Below are positions 55,232 to 64,000 of a stretch of 64,000 nucleotides of DNA, one piece after another. The DNA is taken from contig CAZSEX010000003.1 in the NCBI GenBank assembly GCA_964606065.1, positions 49,245 through 113,244 on the forward strand, written 5' to 3'. The position numbers were made by a program, and so were the translations under genes. The DNA comes from an uncultured bacterium (GTDB lineage: Bacteria > Hydrothermota > UBA3072). The stretch's first letter is position 1. Every line of letters starts with the position of its first letter. The notes under the pieces were generated by a model. It was given only the letters and a program-made list of their open reading frames with translations. It did no database searches and was not told the origin of the DNA.

Positions 55232-58029
55232 TTTTTTTGCTGTTGTTAACGTCACAGTATTATTTTGAGCAAAACAAGATTCAATACAAATCGTATGAAT
55301 GGCTAATGCATGAAACAGAACATTTCGAAATATATTACTATAAAACAGAAAAGGTTTTAGTCCCTTTTGCGGCGGATGTTTTGGAAGAAAGTTACAGCAG
55401 GCTAAAAAAAAGATTTAATTATAAAGAGAGAAAGAACGAAGAGCCCATACCGGTGATTCTGTATCAATCTCATCCGGATTTTCAGGGGACCAATGTGATT
55501 CTTGACAGAATTCCTGAAGGTGTAGGAGGTTTCGCCGAGATTTTTAAGAACCGTATCGTTATTCCTTTTACCGGATCGTACTCTGATTTTCGACACGTTC
55601 TAAATCATGAATTGGTGCATATCTTTCAGTACCGTATTCTTTACGGTACAGGGATGAACGCGATCAAACGAGCAATAACTTCCAATATTCCCCTCTGGTT
55701 TATTGAAGGTATGGCGGAATTAGAATCATTGGGATGGGATCAGAGCGCTGAAACATATATAAGAGATGCCGTTTTAAACAATCGCCTATTTACAATATCT
55801 CAATTAAGCAATATCGGAGGATATCCTGTATACAAACAAGGGCAATCGATATTGTATTATATAAGGAAAACATACGGGGATGAAAAGATAGGAGAAATAA
55901 TGAGTAAGCTCAAAGTAACCAATTCCTTTGAAGGTACTTTAAATAGTATTTTAGGTATAGGTATAAAAAGTTTAAATTCAGAATGGACAAAGGAGCTAAA
56001 AAAGAATTATTGGCCCGTTATAGAAGGCAAGCAATACGTAGAGGAAATAGCGAGATCTATTGTTACTCACAGCGGATTTGACGATCTATACAATTACGCT
56101 CCCGCAGTATCTCCCGAAGGGGATAAAATAGTGTATTTTACCGATGAAGTAGGGGAAGTTCAAATTAGACTTGTTTCTTCTCTTACAAAAGAAGACCTGG
56201 GTTTGCTGGTAAAAGGCGGTCTTACTCCTATGTTCGAGTCGCTGCATTTAATGGATGGACATGCCGATTTTTCTCCAGATGGAGAAACAATTGTTTTTCC
56301 CGCCATGGTTAAGAGCAGAGATGTTCTCTATCTTTTAAGTATAAAAGACAGGAAAATAACGAGAAAAATCGAATTGGAGCTGGATAGAATCCGTTGGCCC
56401 GAGTTCTCTCCCGATGGTGAACGGATCGCTTTTGTAGGTTTGAAAAACGGTGCTTCCGATATTTACGTGTATAATTTGAAAAACGAGAAACTTGTGAACG
56501 TGACACACGATAGATATTCGGATAATTATCCTGCGTGGAAAGGCGATTCCTTGCTGTTTGTGAGCGACAGACCGGAAACGGAAAAGTGGGATTACAGCAC
56601 AACCAGTTTATATATTACGGATGTAAAGGGTATTATAAGAAAATATCTTTCCTTTGGAGAACAGATAATGGCTCTGGATGTTTACAATTCAGATGTGTAT
56701 TTTATTTCTTACAGAGATGGAGGTAACAATTTATATGTATATAAATCGGATTCTGCTGTCGTAAGACAAATAACCGATCTTATCGGATCGGTGGATGATT
56801 TTTCGATTTCGAAATCCGGGCATATAGCTCTGTCCATTTATTCGGATTTGGGCTGGGATATATATTTTGTCGATGCCGTGGAAGAACTGACGGGAAAAAA
56901 GCCAAATCCCCCAAAAGAATTAGAAATAGAGGAGAAAATTATTGTAACTTTCGAAGCTGAGGATAGGATGAAAGAAGACAAAAGGGCTCCTCTGTCGTTT
57001 GGTTTTGATTATTTTTTCGGAACACTCGGCTATTATTCCGATTATGGTGTTTATGGATATGTTACCGTTGGAATGAGCGATATGCTGGGGAACCATCAGG
57101 TTTACGCTCTGTTCAACAATACAGATCTTACCGAGAGCAGTTTCTATATTACGTATCTATATCTTAAACACAGGTTGGATTTAGCCACTTCTTTGGTAAG
57201 ACAAAGAGGTTATTATTCGGTGAGTCAGGGAGTTGTGGCGGGAGATATCTGGAATGTTAACACCGATGTGATTTTTCCTTTTGATAAATTTAAAAGAGTG
57301 GAATTGGGTTTAAGTCCTTATTATCTTACGGGAGATTTATGGGTGCCCTATCCGGCAGATTCGAATTATTGGATGAGAAAATCCCTTACCGAGCTTCCGT
57401 ATATGGGTTTATTGGGAAATATAGCTTTTATTCGGGATAATGCGGTTTGGGGTTATATGAATCCGATAAAGGGTTTCAGAGGGAGAATCTCATACAGCAG
57501 ACCACTGGTTTCAGGAAGTAATTTCTGGGATATAAATACCGTCTCTACGGATCTCAGGAATTATTTTTATTTAACTGACGATTATAGCTTTGCTTTACGT
57601 CTTTATTTATTGCACAGTTGGGGACGAGATAGCGAAAATTTCGGTACGGTCGGAATCGGAGGAGGGCGTACGGTTAGAGGCTATAATTACAACACACAGA
57701 TTGGGACCACCGCAGGGCTATTTAGCATGGAATTAAGATTGCCCTTAATAAAAAGATTGGATCTTGGTTTTCCCCCAATATCTCTGCGAGGTGTCGAAGG
57801 CGCCTTCTTCACAGATATAGGGGTAGCCACCGATAATTATAGAGATTTAGAATTTTTTACCATCGAGAATAACTGGATAAAGCTTGTCGATCCAATTATG
57901 TCCTTTGGCGTTGAGTTCAGACTCAATCTCGGCATTACGATATTAAACTTCGATATCTCTAAAGCAACTAATCTAAACACGATCTTTCCGGAAACTTATT
58001 ACGATCTTCATTTTGGGTTACCTTTTTAA
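55228..58029 (+). CDS. 933-aa fusion protein: HExxH-motif (putative zinc metallopeptidase) region, TolB-like PD40 beta-propeller repeats, C-terminal outer-membrane beta-barrel
   Basis: VLNHELVHIFQ (HExxH). PD40-like repeats (SPEGDKIVYFTD, FSPDGETIVFPA, FSPDGERIAFVGLKNGASDIYVYNL). C-terminus ...LHFGLPF ends in an aromatic residue, as in OM beta-barrels. Confidence 0.55.
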   Translation: MIFLLLLTSQYYFEQNKIQYKSYEWLMHETEHFEIYYYKTEKVLVPFAADVLEESYSRLKKRFNYKERKNEEPIPVILYQSHPDFQGTNVILDRIPEGVGGFAEIFKNRIVIPFTGSYSDFRHVLNHELVHIFQYRILYGTGMNAIKRAITSNIPLWFIEGMAELESLGWDQSAETYIRDAVLNNRLFTISQLSNIGGYPVYKQGQSILYYIRKTYGDEKIGEIMSKLKVTNSFEGTLNSILGIGIKSLNSEWTKELKKNYWPVIEGKQYVEEIARSIVTHSGFDDLYNYAPAVSPEGDKIVYFTDEVGEVQIRLVSSLTKEDLGLLVKGGLTPMFESLHLMDGHADFSPDGETIVFPAMVKSRDVLYLLSIKDRKITRKIELELDRIRWPEFSPDGERIAFVGLKNGASDIYVYNLKNEKLVNVTHDRYSDNYPAWKGDSLLFVSDRPETEKWDYSTTSLYITDVKGIIRKYLSFGEQIMALDVYNSDVYFISYRDGGNNLYVYKSDSAVVRQITDLIGSVDDFSISKSGHIALSIYSDLGWDIYFVDAVEELTGKKPNPPKELEIEEKIIVTFEAEDRMKEDKRAPLSFGFDYFFGTLGYYSDYGVYGYVTVGMSDMLGNHQVYALFNNTDLTESSFYITYLYLKHRLDLATSLVRQRGYYSVSQGVVAGDIWNVNTDVIFPFDKFKRVELGLSPYYLTGDLWVPYPADSNYWMRKSLTELPYMGLLGNIAFIRDNAVWGYMNPIKGFRGRISYSRPLVSGSNFWDINTVSTDLRNYFYLTDDYSFALRLYLLHSWGRDSENFGTVGIGGGRTVRGYNYNTQIGTTAGLFSMELRLPLIKRLDLGFPPISLRGVEGAFFTDIGVATDNYRDLEFFTIENNWIKLVDPIMSFGVEFRLNLGITILNFDISKATNLNTIFPETYYDLHFGLPF

Positions 58030-58602
58030 ATGATCGCTGGTGTAACGGGGAATACAGGTACGGGTAAAACCGTGATTTGCGCCCTTTTTAAAAAATGGGG
58101 CGCGCATCTCATTTCATGCGATGAACTGGGATGGAAAGTTTTAAGGGAGCCGCATATAGTAGAGCGAATCAAAGAGAATTTTGAAGAAGCGGTGGAAAAC
58201 GGTAAGGTTAATAGATACAAATTGGGGGCTATAGTTTTCCGCGATAAAGCGTGCCTTGAAACATTTAACGATATAGTCCATCCTGAACTTCTTAAAAAAC
58301 TTCGCGAAGCATTAGATTCGGCGAAGGGAAGAGCAGTAGTGGTTGATGGAGCTCTTATATTTGAATGGAAAATCGAAAATTGGTTCGATTATATAATACT
58401 TTTAATTTCATCCTTAGAGGATAAGAAAGAAAGACTAAAAGATAAGGGGATAAGCGAAGAGATTATAAGAGGCCGACTTGCTTCCCAGGGTGATAGTACC
58501 AGTTTTGTAAAATACGCGGATTTTATAATAGAAAATGACGGAGATTTAGAGAGTTTAAAGAATAATGCTAAATGGGTTTGGAATAAGATAACAAAAAAAT
58601 GA
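58030..58602 (+). CDS. coaE: Dephospho-CoA kinase
   Basis: MIAGVTGNTGTGKTV P-loop at the extreme N-terminus and about 190 aa length. Confidence 0.8.
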   Translation: MIAGVTGNTGTGKTVICALFKKWGAHLISCDELGWKVLREPHIVERIKENFEEAVENGKVNRYKLGAIVFRDKACLETFNDIVHPELLKKLREALDSAKGRAVVVDGALIFEWKIENWFDYIILLISSLEDKKERLKDKGISEEIIRGRLASQGDSTSFVKYADFIIENDGDLESLKNNAKWVWNKITKK

Positions 58603-58621
58603 AACAAAAAATTATGCGGTT

Positions 58622-59809
58622 TTATTTGTTAGTTTCTTTCCTCTCTTCATTTTCTTTAACGTGTATATCTAACTGTGGGAATGGAATTGCTATATTGTTT
58701 TCTTTTAAAGTTTTCCAAATAACATAACGTACGTCGCTTTCGATTTCTTTCTTTTTTAAAGCGTTATCCGTCCAGACCGAAACTTGAAAATTCAGGGAAC
58801 TCTCTCCGAAGTCGGTAAAAAAGACTATAACTTCCGGTTTCTTCAGTATATTTTCAAGTTTTGATAAACTTTCGATTAGCAGATTTTTGACTTGAAAAGG
58901 ATCGGATTTATATGAAACTCCTATGGGAACATCTATTCTGATTATCGGATCGGAATGAGTGTAGTTTATCAATTCGTTATTGACCAGGTTTGTGTTTGGA
59001 ACTATTACTTCTACGTTGTTGAATGTTTTTATAATTGTTGTTCTGATTCCTACATTTTCTACTTTTCCCAGTAAACCATTGACTTCGATAAGGTCGTTAT
59101 GCACTATTGTTTTGTCTGAAAGCAGTATAAATCCGCTAATCAGGTTGTTTACTATTTCTCGAAGGCCGAAACCGATACCTACCCCGAGTGCACCAACCAA
59201 TACTTTTAGAGTTGTAAAATCTATGTTGATGATAGAAAAGGCAACCAGAACTCCTATTATTATAATGGAATAGCGCAATAACAACGAAACAGTATTTATT
59301 CTTGTTGTATCCAGGAAAGGTACTTTTTTAAGTCGGGACTTTGCTGTTTTTTCAAATGCTTTAGACAGCCTGAGGGATAGGTAAAAAATAAGTATTGCTA
59401 CGATAAATCCGTTAAGACTGATTTTCTTATCTCCTATATTAATTCTTGGAGTAGAAAGGAAAAGAAAAATGGTATTAATATATCCTGTCTTGTGCAAAAT
59501 CGCGATTGCTATAATAAAAGCTCCAAGCATAATAATAAACTTTAGACCGTCTCTGCTTTTTCTGAAGTTTAATATTAAAGAGAGAGCAAAGAGAAAAATG
59601 AATACGTAGAAAGAAAAAAAGGAAATCTCTTTTAAGTATTCGTGCTTCAAAAAATCCGTTTTGTAAAAGACAAAGCTTAAAAGCATTAAACAAAGAGGTA
59701 AGGCAGAATAATAAATTATCCTTCTAACTTTTTCTCCCAGTTGCCTTGTTAGAAAAGCCACCAGGCAATAAAGGAAAACACTGCCTGTTAAAGTATAGAT
59801 TATTCCCAT
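58622..59809 (-). CDS. Mechanosensitive ion channel (MscS family)
   Basis: Multiple N-terminal TM helices, then the conserved MscS pore helix and beta domain (GALGVGIGFGLREIVNNLISGFILL). Confidence 0.8.
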   Translation of the reverse strand: MGIIYTLTGSVFLYCLVAFLTRQLGEKVRRIIYYSALPLCLMLLSFVFYKTDFLKHEYLKEISFFSFYVFIFLFALSLILNFRKSRDGLKFIIMLGAFIIAIAILHKTGYINTIFLFLSTPRINIGDKKISLNGFIVAILIFYLSLRLSKAFEKTAKSRLKKVPFLDTTRINTVSLLLRYSIIIIGVLVAFSIINIDFTTLKVLVGALGVGIGFGLREIVNNLISGFILLSDKTIVHNDLIEVNGLLGKVENVGIRTTIIKTFNNVEVIVPNTNLVNNELINYTHSDPIIRIDVPIGVSYKSDPFQVKNLLIESLSKLENILKKPEVIVFFTDFGESSLNFQVSVWTDNALKKKEIESDVRYVIWKTLKENNIAIPFPQLDIHVKENEERKETNK

Positions 59810-59819
59810 TTATATGTTA

Positions 59820-61484
59820 TTAACTGCTTGTAATTTTATGCAGGTTTTCAGCAATTTCGGCTGTTTCCTGAGAAGTTGTGGATAGTTCTTCTACGGAAGC
59901 GGATAACTCTTCTATAGCTGCCGATAATTCTTCTGAGGAAGCGGCATTCTCTTCGGCTATCGCCGCGATATTTTCGAGAGCTTCGGTTATTGTGTTGACT
60001 TCCTCTTCGCCTCTTTTGTTAATTTCTGCAATTTGCCTGATCCTTTTTGTGATATGATTAATTTCGGCCGCGATGTCTTTTAAAAAGTCGGCTGATTTAA
60101 GGGATGTTTCTTTTCCTTTATCGACTTCTTCAACCGTTTCCTGTGTTTTTTGCGTAACCATGTTTATGACTCCGGTAATTTCATTTGTTATCTCCGAAAT
60201 CACCCGTGTGGCTTCAGAAGATTGGTTAGCCAGTTTTCTTATTTCATCAGCTACAACTGCGAAACCTCTTCCCGTTTCTCCAGCTTTTGTGGCTTCAATG
60301 GTTGCGTTAAGCGCGAGTATGTTTGTCCGTTTACTGATCTCCCTTACTTTTTCAGTTATGCCAAGAATTTCTTCCGAATATCTGGCTATTCCCTGAATAA
60401 CTTCTTCCAATTCGTGAATCGTGTTTGTTACGTTATCCATGGCAACCCTAACCGCCTCCGAGGATTTTTTCCCTTTTGCTGAAAGTTCGGAAATATTCTC
60501 CGAGGAGCTTAAAGTCTCCTGGGCTGAGTCCAGGGATTGGCGAACGACCGTAAGAGCTTTTTGAGACATGCCCGAGGCGATTTGAGATTCCTGCGCCTGT
60601 TTTTCAGAAGCATGAGCGATCTGTTCCATAGTGGAAGAAACTTCTTCAGAAGAAGCTGTCATTTCCTCTGCGGAAGCCGACAGCTCTTCAGCCTGAGCGG
60701 AAATTCTTTCGGCTACCTGTCGAATCGCGTCTTTATCCTTTTCCAATTTATCCACAAATTGGTTAAATGAAGCCGCAAGTTCCTTGCTTTCCGCGGTCAA
60801 AAACTTTTCGGATATTCTAACATGAGTATCGGCTTTCCCTTCCGCGATATTTTTTAGATTCTCTCTCAATTTGTTTAAGGGATGGAAGAAATAATTCAAC
60901 AGCTCTAACGTCGCGAGCAGAGCCACGATCGTTATGGCAAGTAGAATTTTAATTAAAGCCGAAGAGAGTTTTTTCGTAACGGCAAAAGATTCCTGCATAG
61001 ATATGCCCACTCTGAAAACACCGATTACTTTGTCCGCTCTCATCCCACCGTAAACGGGGAAAAAGCAATCCAGAAGTTTCTCGTTTTCCAATTCCTTAAC
61101 TGTTGCGATTTTTTCTCCTTCTCTTATTTTAGCCAGTATTTCTCCGGGGAGTTTATCTTTTATTTTTGTTTTTCCTGTTTCGATGAATTTCGCGCCCGAG
61201 ATATAGTATACTTCCAAATATAAAATGTCCTTTCTTTCTGCAAGCGTGGAGAGTGAAGATTCAAGGAAAGAAGAGTTTTTGGAATCTAAACTGAATTCCA
61301 GAGTGGAATTGATGGAATTTAGTATGTTTTCCCCCCTGCTTTTTAAAAGAGTGTTAAATTCAGCTTTTACAATATTATGCGTTAATATTAAAATCAGTAT
61401 ATTTAAAGCCAAAATTATTGCGATTAAGAGAATGGAAATTTGAACTTTTAATGAATTAATTTTTATCATTAACCCTCCTAACAA
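59820..61484 (-). CDS. Methyl-accepting chemotaxis protein
   Basis: N-terminal TM/sensor region, HAMP, and the highly conserved MCP signalling domain (ILALNATIEATKAGETGRGFAVVADEIRKLA). Confidence 0.85.
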   Translation of the reverse strand: MLGGLMIKINSLKVQISILLIAIILALNILILILTHNIVKAEFNTLLKSRGENILNSINSTLEFSLDSKNSSFLESSLSTLAERKDILYLEVYYISGAKFIETGKTKIKDKLPGEILAKIREGEKIATVKELENEKLLDCFFPVYGGMRADKVIGVFRVGISMQESFAVTKKLSSALIKILLAITIVALLATLELLNYFFHPLNKLRENLKNIAEGKADTHVRISEKFLTAESKELAASFNQFVDKLEKDKDAIRQVAERISAQAEELSASAEEMTASSEEVSSTMEQIAHASEKQAQESQIASGMSQKALTVVRQSLDSAQETLSSSENISELSAKGKKSSEAVRVAMDNVTNTIHELEEVIQGIARYSEEILGITEKVREISKRTNILALNATIEATKAGETGRGFAVVADEIRKLANQSSEATRVISEITNEITGVINMVTQKTQETVEEVDKGKETSLKSADFLKDIAAEINHITKRIRQIAEINKRGEEEVNTITEALENIAAIAEENAASSEELSAAIEELSASVEELSTTSQETAEIAENLHKITSS

Positions 61485-61524
61485 TAATGTTACAAAAAAC
61501 AGTTTTGAATGTCAAGAGTTTAAA

Positions 61525-61558
61525 TAAAAAAGGTCAGAGTTTTCCCCTGACCTTTTTG
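61525..61558 (-). terminator. Rho-independent terminator after the glyA-aminotransferase operon
   Basis: aggtcag...ctgacct 7-bp stem. T tracts on both strands (bidirectional-looking). Confidence 0.5.
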
Positions 61559-61576
61559 TCCGTCTTATAATTCCTG

Positions 61577-62647
61577 TTAACCGATTATATCTTCGATTTC
61601 ACCCAGCAGCCACTTGATTTCTTCAACGGTTAAATCTCCCATGTGCGCGATTCTAAATGTTTTCTCTTTTAAAACACCGTAACCGTTGGATATATAAGCT
61701 CCTCTTTCGGATAGTTCCTTATTCAGGTCTTTAATTGAAATATCTCTGGTGTTTTCTATACAGGTTACCGTGGGAGAAAGATTTTTTTCGTCAGCAAAAA
61801 GCGCGAAGTTTTCTCTTGCCCAATTTTGTACTATAGAAGCCATTTCTTTGTGTCTTTTAAATCGATTGTCTATGCCTTCTTGATTTACGATTTTGTCTAA
61901 CTGATAGTTGAGTGCGACTATCAAGTTAAGAGCAGCTGTTATAGAAGGCTGTTTTGCCTTATCCCAGTATTTCTTAAATTGGAGGAAGTCGAAATAGTAG
62001 CCTTTATCATCCATTTCTTCGGAACGTTTTAATGCTTTTTCGCTTACCGAAGCGATTGCCAATCCCGGGGGTAGAGCAAAACATTTTTGAGACGAAGCGA
62101 CAACATAATCGATACCCAAATCGTCGACTCTAATTTCCGCTCCAGCCATTGAAGAAACGGCGTCTACGCATAAAAGAACATCGGGGAATTTGCTGACCAC
62201 ATCCGCTATTTCCTTTAGATTGTTCATTACGCCGGTCGAGGTTTCGTTATGTGTTACAAATACTGTGTCGAATTTACCGGTTTTTAGTTTTTCTTCTATG
62301 TCTTCAGGAGATATGCCTTTTCCCCATTCGTATTCTAAAACTTCAAAATTCTTATTACAGGCTTTTGATATTTCAGCCCATCTTTTCCCGAAAGCTCCGC
62401 ATACTGAATGAAGAGCTCCTTTTTTTACGCAATTTCTTACTGCGGCTTCCATCAACCCTGTTCCCGAACAGGTTCCTATAATGATAAAATTATCCGTGAA
62501 AAGGATCTTTTGTAATTTTGTAACGGTTTGGTCCATTAATTCCGAGGCCTCGGGCATTCTGTGTCCGAACATCGGAACGTCCATTGCTTTACGAACGTCT
62601 TCTCTTACTTCGGTCGGGCCGGGGATAAATAATTTTCTGTACATCAA
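61577..62647 (-). CDS. Class V aminotransferase (serine-pyruvate / alanine-glyoxylate aminotransferase family)
   Basis: Aminotran_5-like sequence with a PLP-lysine region (VVASSQKCF). Its start overlaps the glyA stop. Confidence 0.7.
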   Translation of the reverse strand: MMYRKLFIPGPTEVREDVRKAMDVPMFGHRMPEASELMDQTVTKLQKILFTDNFIIIGTCSGTGLMEAAVRNCVKKGALHSVCGAFGKRWAEISKACNKNFEVLEYEWGKGISPEDIEEKLKTGKFDTVFVTHNETSTGVMNNLKEIADVVSKFPDVLLCVDAVSSMAGAEIRVDDLGIDYVVASSQKCFALPPGLAIASVSEKALKRSEEMDDKGYYFDFLQFKKYWDKAKQPSITAALNLIVALNYQLDKIVNQEGIDNRFKRHKEMASIVQNWARENFALFADEKNLSPTVTCIENTRDISIKDLNKELSERGAYISNGYGVLKEKTFRIAHMGDLTVEEIKWLLGEIEDIIG

Positions 62648-63906
62648 GCCTCCTTTTTCTCTTTTCTTATTTCCGGATATAAAGGGAATTCTTCTGCTAT
62701 TTCTTTAACTTCTCCTCTTACTTCTTCTATTACTTTATCGTTATTAATATTGGTAAGAACTTTATCAATCAGTCTGGTAATTCTTTTTATTTCTTCTTCT
62801 TTTATTCCTCTCGATGTTAAAGCAGGCGTACCTATCCTGATACCGCTTGCTATAAAAGGTTTTTCCTTATCGAAGGGAATCGTGTTTTTATTAACCGTTA
62901 TTTTCGCTTTATCGAGAGCTTCTTCTGCCTGTTTGCCTGTAATTCCTTTACTTTTAACGTCGACCAGGACTAAATGGGTGTCTGTCCCGCCGGCTACAAG
63001 CCTCCAGCCGAGTTTTTTAAACTCTTCTTCGAACGCTTTCGCGTTAAGTGTTATTTGATGCTGGTATTTTTTAAAATCTTCGGAAAGAGCTTCTTTAAAA
63101 GCCACAGCTTTCGCGGCAATGGTGTGCATATGTGGTCCTCCCTGTAAGCCCGGGAAAACGGCTTTATCAATAGCTTTTGCCCATTTTTCTTTGCATAGTA
63201 CGATGGCGCTTCTCGGTCCTCTTAGTGTTTTATGAGTGGTTGTGGAAACCGCATCCGCGTAGGGTACCGGCGATGAGTGTTCGCCCGCCACAACAAGGCC
63301 GGCGATATGAGCGATGTCAGCTACGAAATAAGCTCCCACCTCGTCGCAAATTTCTTTGAATTTATCCCAGTGCAGAGTTCTCGGATATGCGGAGGCACCG
63401 GTCATTATCAATTTCGGTTTTTTCTCGCGGGCTATTTTAAGGAGCTCGTCGTAATTTATCTGCTCGGTTTCAGGGTCGACTGTGTACTGATATGTCTCCC
63501 AGAAAGTGCCCGTAAAGCTAACTTTATATCCGTGTGAAAGATGTCCACCGTGAGAAAGAGAGAGTCCGAAAAACAGATCTCCCGGTTCAAGAAGAGCCGA
63601 GTATATAGCCAGGTTGGCGGGGACTCCCGAAAGAGGTTGAACATTTACATGTTCTGCGCCGAACAGCTTCTTGGCTCTATCAATAGCAAGATTTTCGACA
63701 ACATCCATCCATTCGCAGCCGCCGTAATATCTTTTGCCGGGATAACCTTCGGCGTATTTGTTGGTCATGACCGAACCCATTGCTTCGAGAACTGCACGCG
63801 AGACAAAATTTTCTGAAGCTATTAATTCCAGATTGTTGTGTTCCCTATCGGCTTCACCTATTATGGCTTTGTATACTTCCGGATCTGTTTTGAATAATTC
63901 ATCCAT
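62644..63906 (-). CDS. glyA: Serine hydroxymethyltransferase
   Basis: The highly conserved N-terminus ...[20 protein letters not shown] and the PLP site [11 protein letters not shown]. Confidence 0.95.
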   Translation of the reverse strand: MDELFKTDPEVYKAIIGEADREHNNLELIASENFVSRAVLEAMGSVMTNKYAEGYPGKRYYGGCEWMDVVENLAIDRAKKLFGAEHVNVQPLSGVPANLAIYSALLEPGDLFFGLSLSHGGHLSHGYKVSFTGTFWETYQYTVDPETEQINYDELLKIAREKKPKLIMTGASAYPRTLHWDKFKEICDEVGAYFVADIAHIAGLVVAGEHSSPVPYADAVSTTTHKTLRGPRSAIVLCKEKWAKAIDKAVFPGLQGGPHMHTIAAKAVAFKEALSEDFKKYQHQITLNAKAFEEEFKKLGWRLVAGGTDTHLVLVDVKSKGITGKQAEEALDKAKITVNKNTIPFDKEKPFIASGIRIGTPALTSRGIKEEEIKRITRLIDKVLTNINNDKVIEEVRGEVKEIAEEFPLYPEIRKEKKEA

Positions 63907-63945
63907 TTTTTTATACCCCTCTTTTGAAAATTTATGTTCTGGCTT

Positions 63946-63973
63946 ATTATATTTTGATAATTTTCCCTGTCAA
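63946..63973 (-). promoter_or_regulatory. Sigma70-like promoter for glyA
   Basis: On the minus strand: TTGACA, 16 nt, then TATAAT, about 40 nt upstream of the ATG. SD agagggg. Confidence 0.45.
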
Positions 63974-64000
63974 GTCTAAAAAACTCCACCCTACCCTGAA

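Noticed and set aside
1-64000. CRISPR arrays, tRNA/rRNA genes, IS elements or integrases
   Set aside because: Inspection of all intergenic spacers longer than 80 nt found no tandem direct repeats with spacers, no GTTCGAATC-type T-arm motifs outside CDSs, and no transposase or integrase-like ORFs.

Overview
This 64-kb window comes from an AT-rich (roughly 35% GC), probably anaerobic and probably diderm bacterium. I infer anaerobic from the class III ribonucleotide reductase and HypCDE genes, and diderm from the LpxH-like, FadL-like and beta-barrel proteins. The phylum cannot be told from the sequence alone. The window spans the chromosomal replication origin: dnaA and dnaN lie at 30.5-33.1 kb, two perfect TTATCCACA boxes sit between them, and a sharp gene-strand switch occurs at about 30.5 kb.

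Most of the window is core housekeeping: pyrR-pyrB-pyrC, rpsU, mutS2, rsmG, cysE, hypCDE, recO, dnaA, dnaN, rpmB, ffh, acyP, apt, truA, alr, nrdDG, comM/yifB, coaE, glyA. These are interleaved with an unusually dense set of signal-transduction genes: three GGDEF diguanylate cyclases, two-component and phosphorelay modules, an MCP and a cNMP-binding histidine kinase.

The most unusual structure is a tightly overlapping minus-strand operon at 1968-10325. It couples pyrR-pyrB-pyrC (de novo pyrimidine synthesis under the PyrR regulator) to an 838-aa protein with a class III nucleotidyl-cyclase catalytic domain, a GAF-GGDEF diguanylate cyclase, and a uridine-kinase-family protein. I flag it as a candidate, previously undescribed, pyrimidine-linked cyclic-nucleotide signalling module, possibly producing a cyclic pyrimidine nucleotide.

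Other notable points:
- The anaerobic RNR is split, with its glycyl-radical C-terminal module encoded as a separate 57-codon ORF between nrdD and nrdG.
- Two genes have strong SD sequences but no canonical start codon (candidate AUA/AUU initiation).
- A 933-aa fusion protein combines an HExxH peptidase motif, TolB-like repeats and a C-terminal beta-barrel.
- hypCDE occur as an orphan cluster with no hydrogenase in the window.
- I found no CRISPR array, tRNA, rRNA or obvious mobile element.
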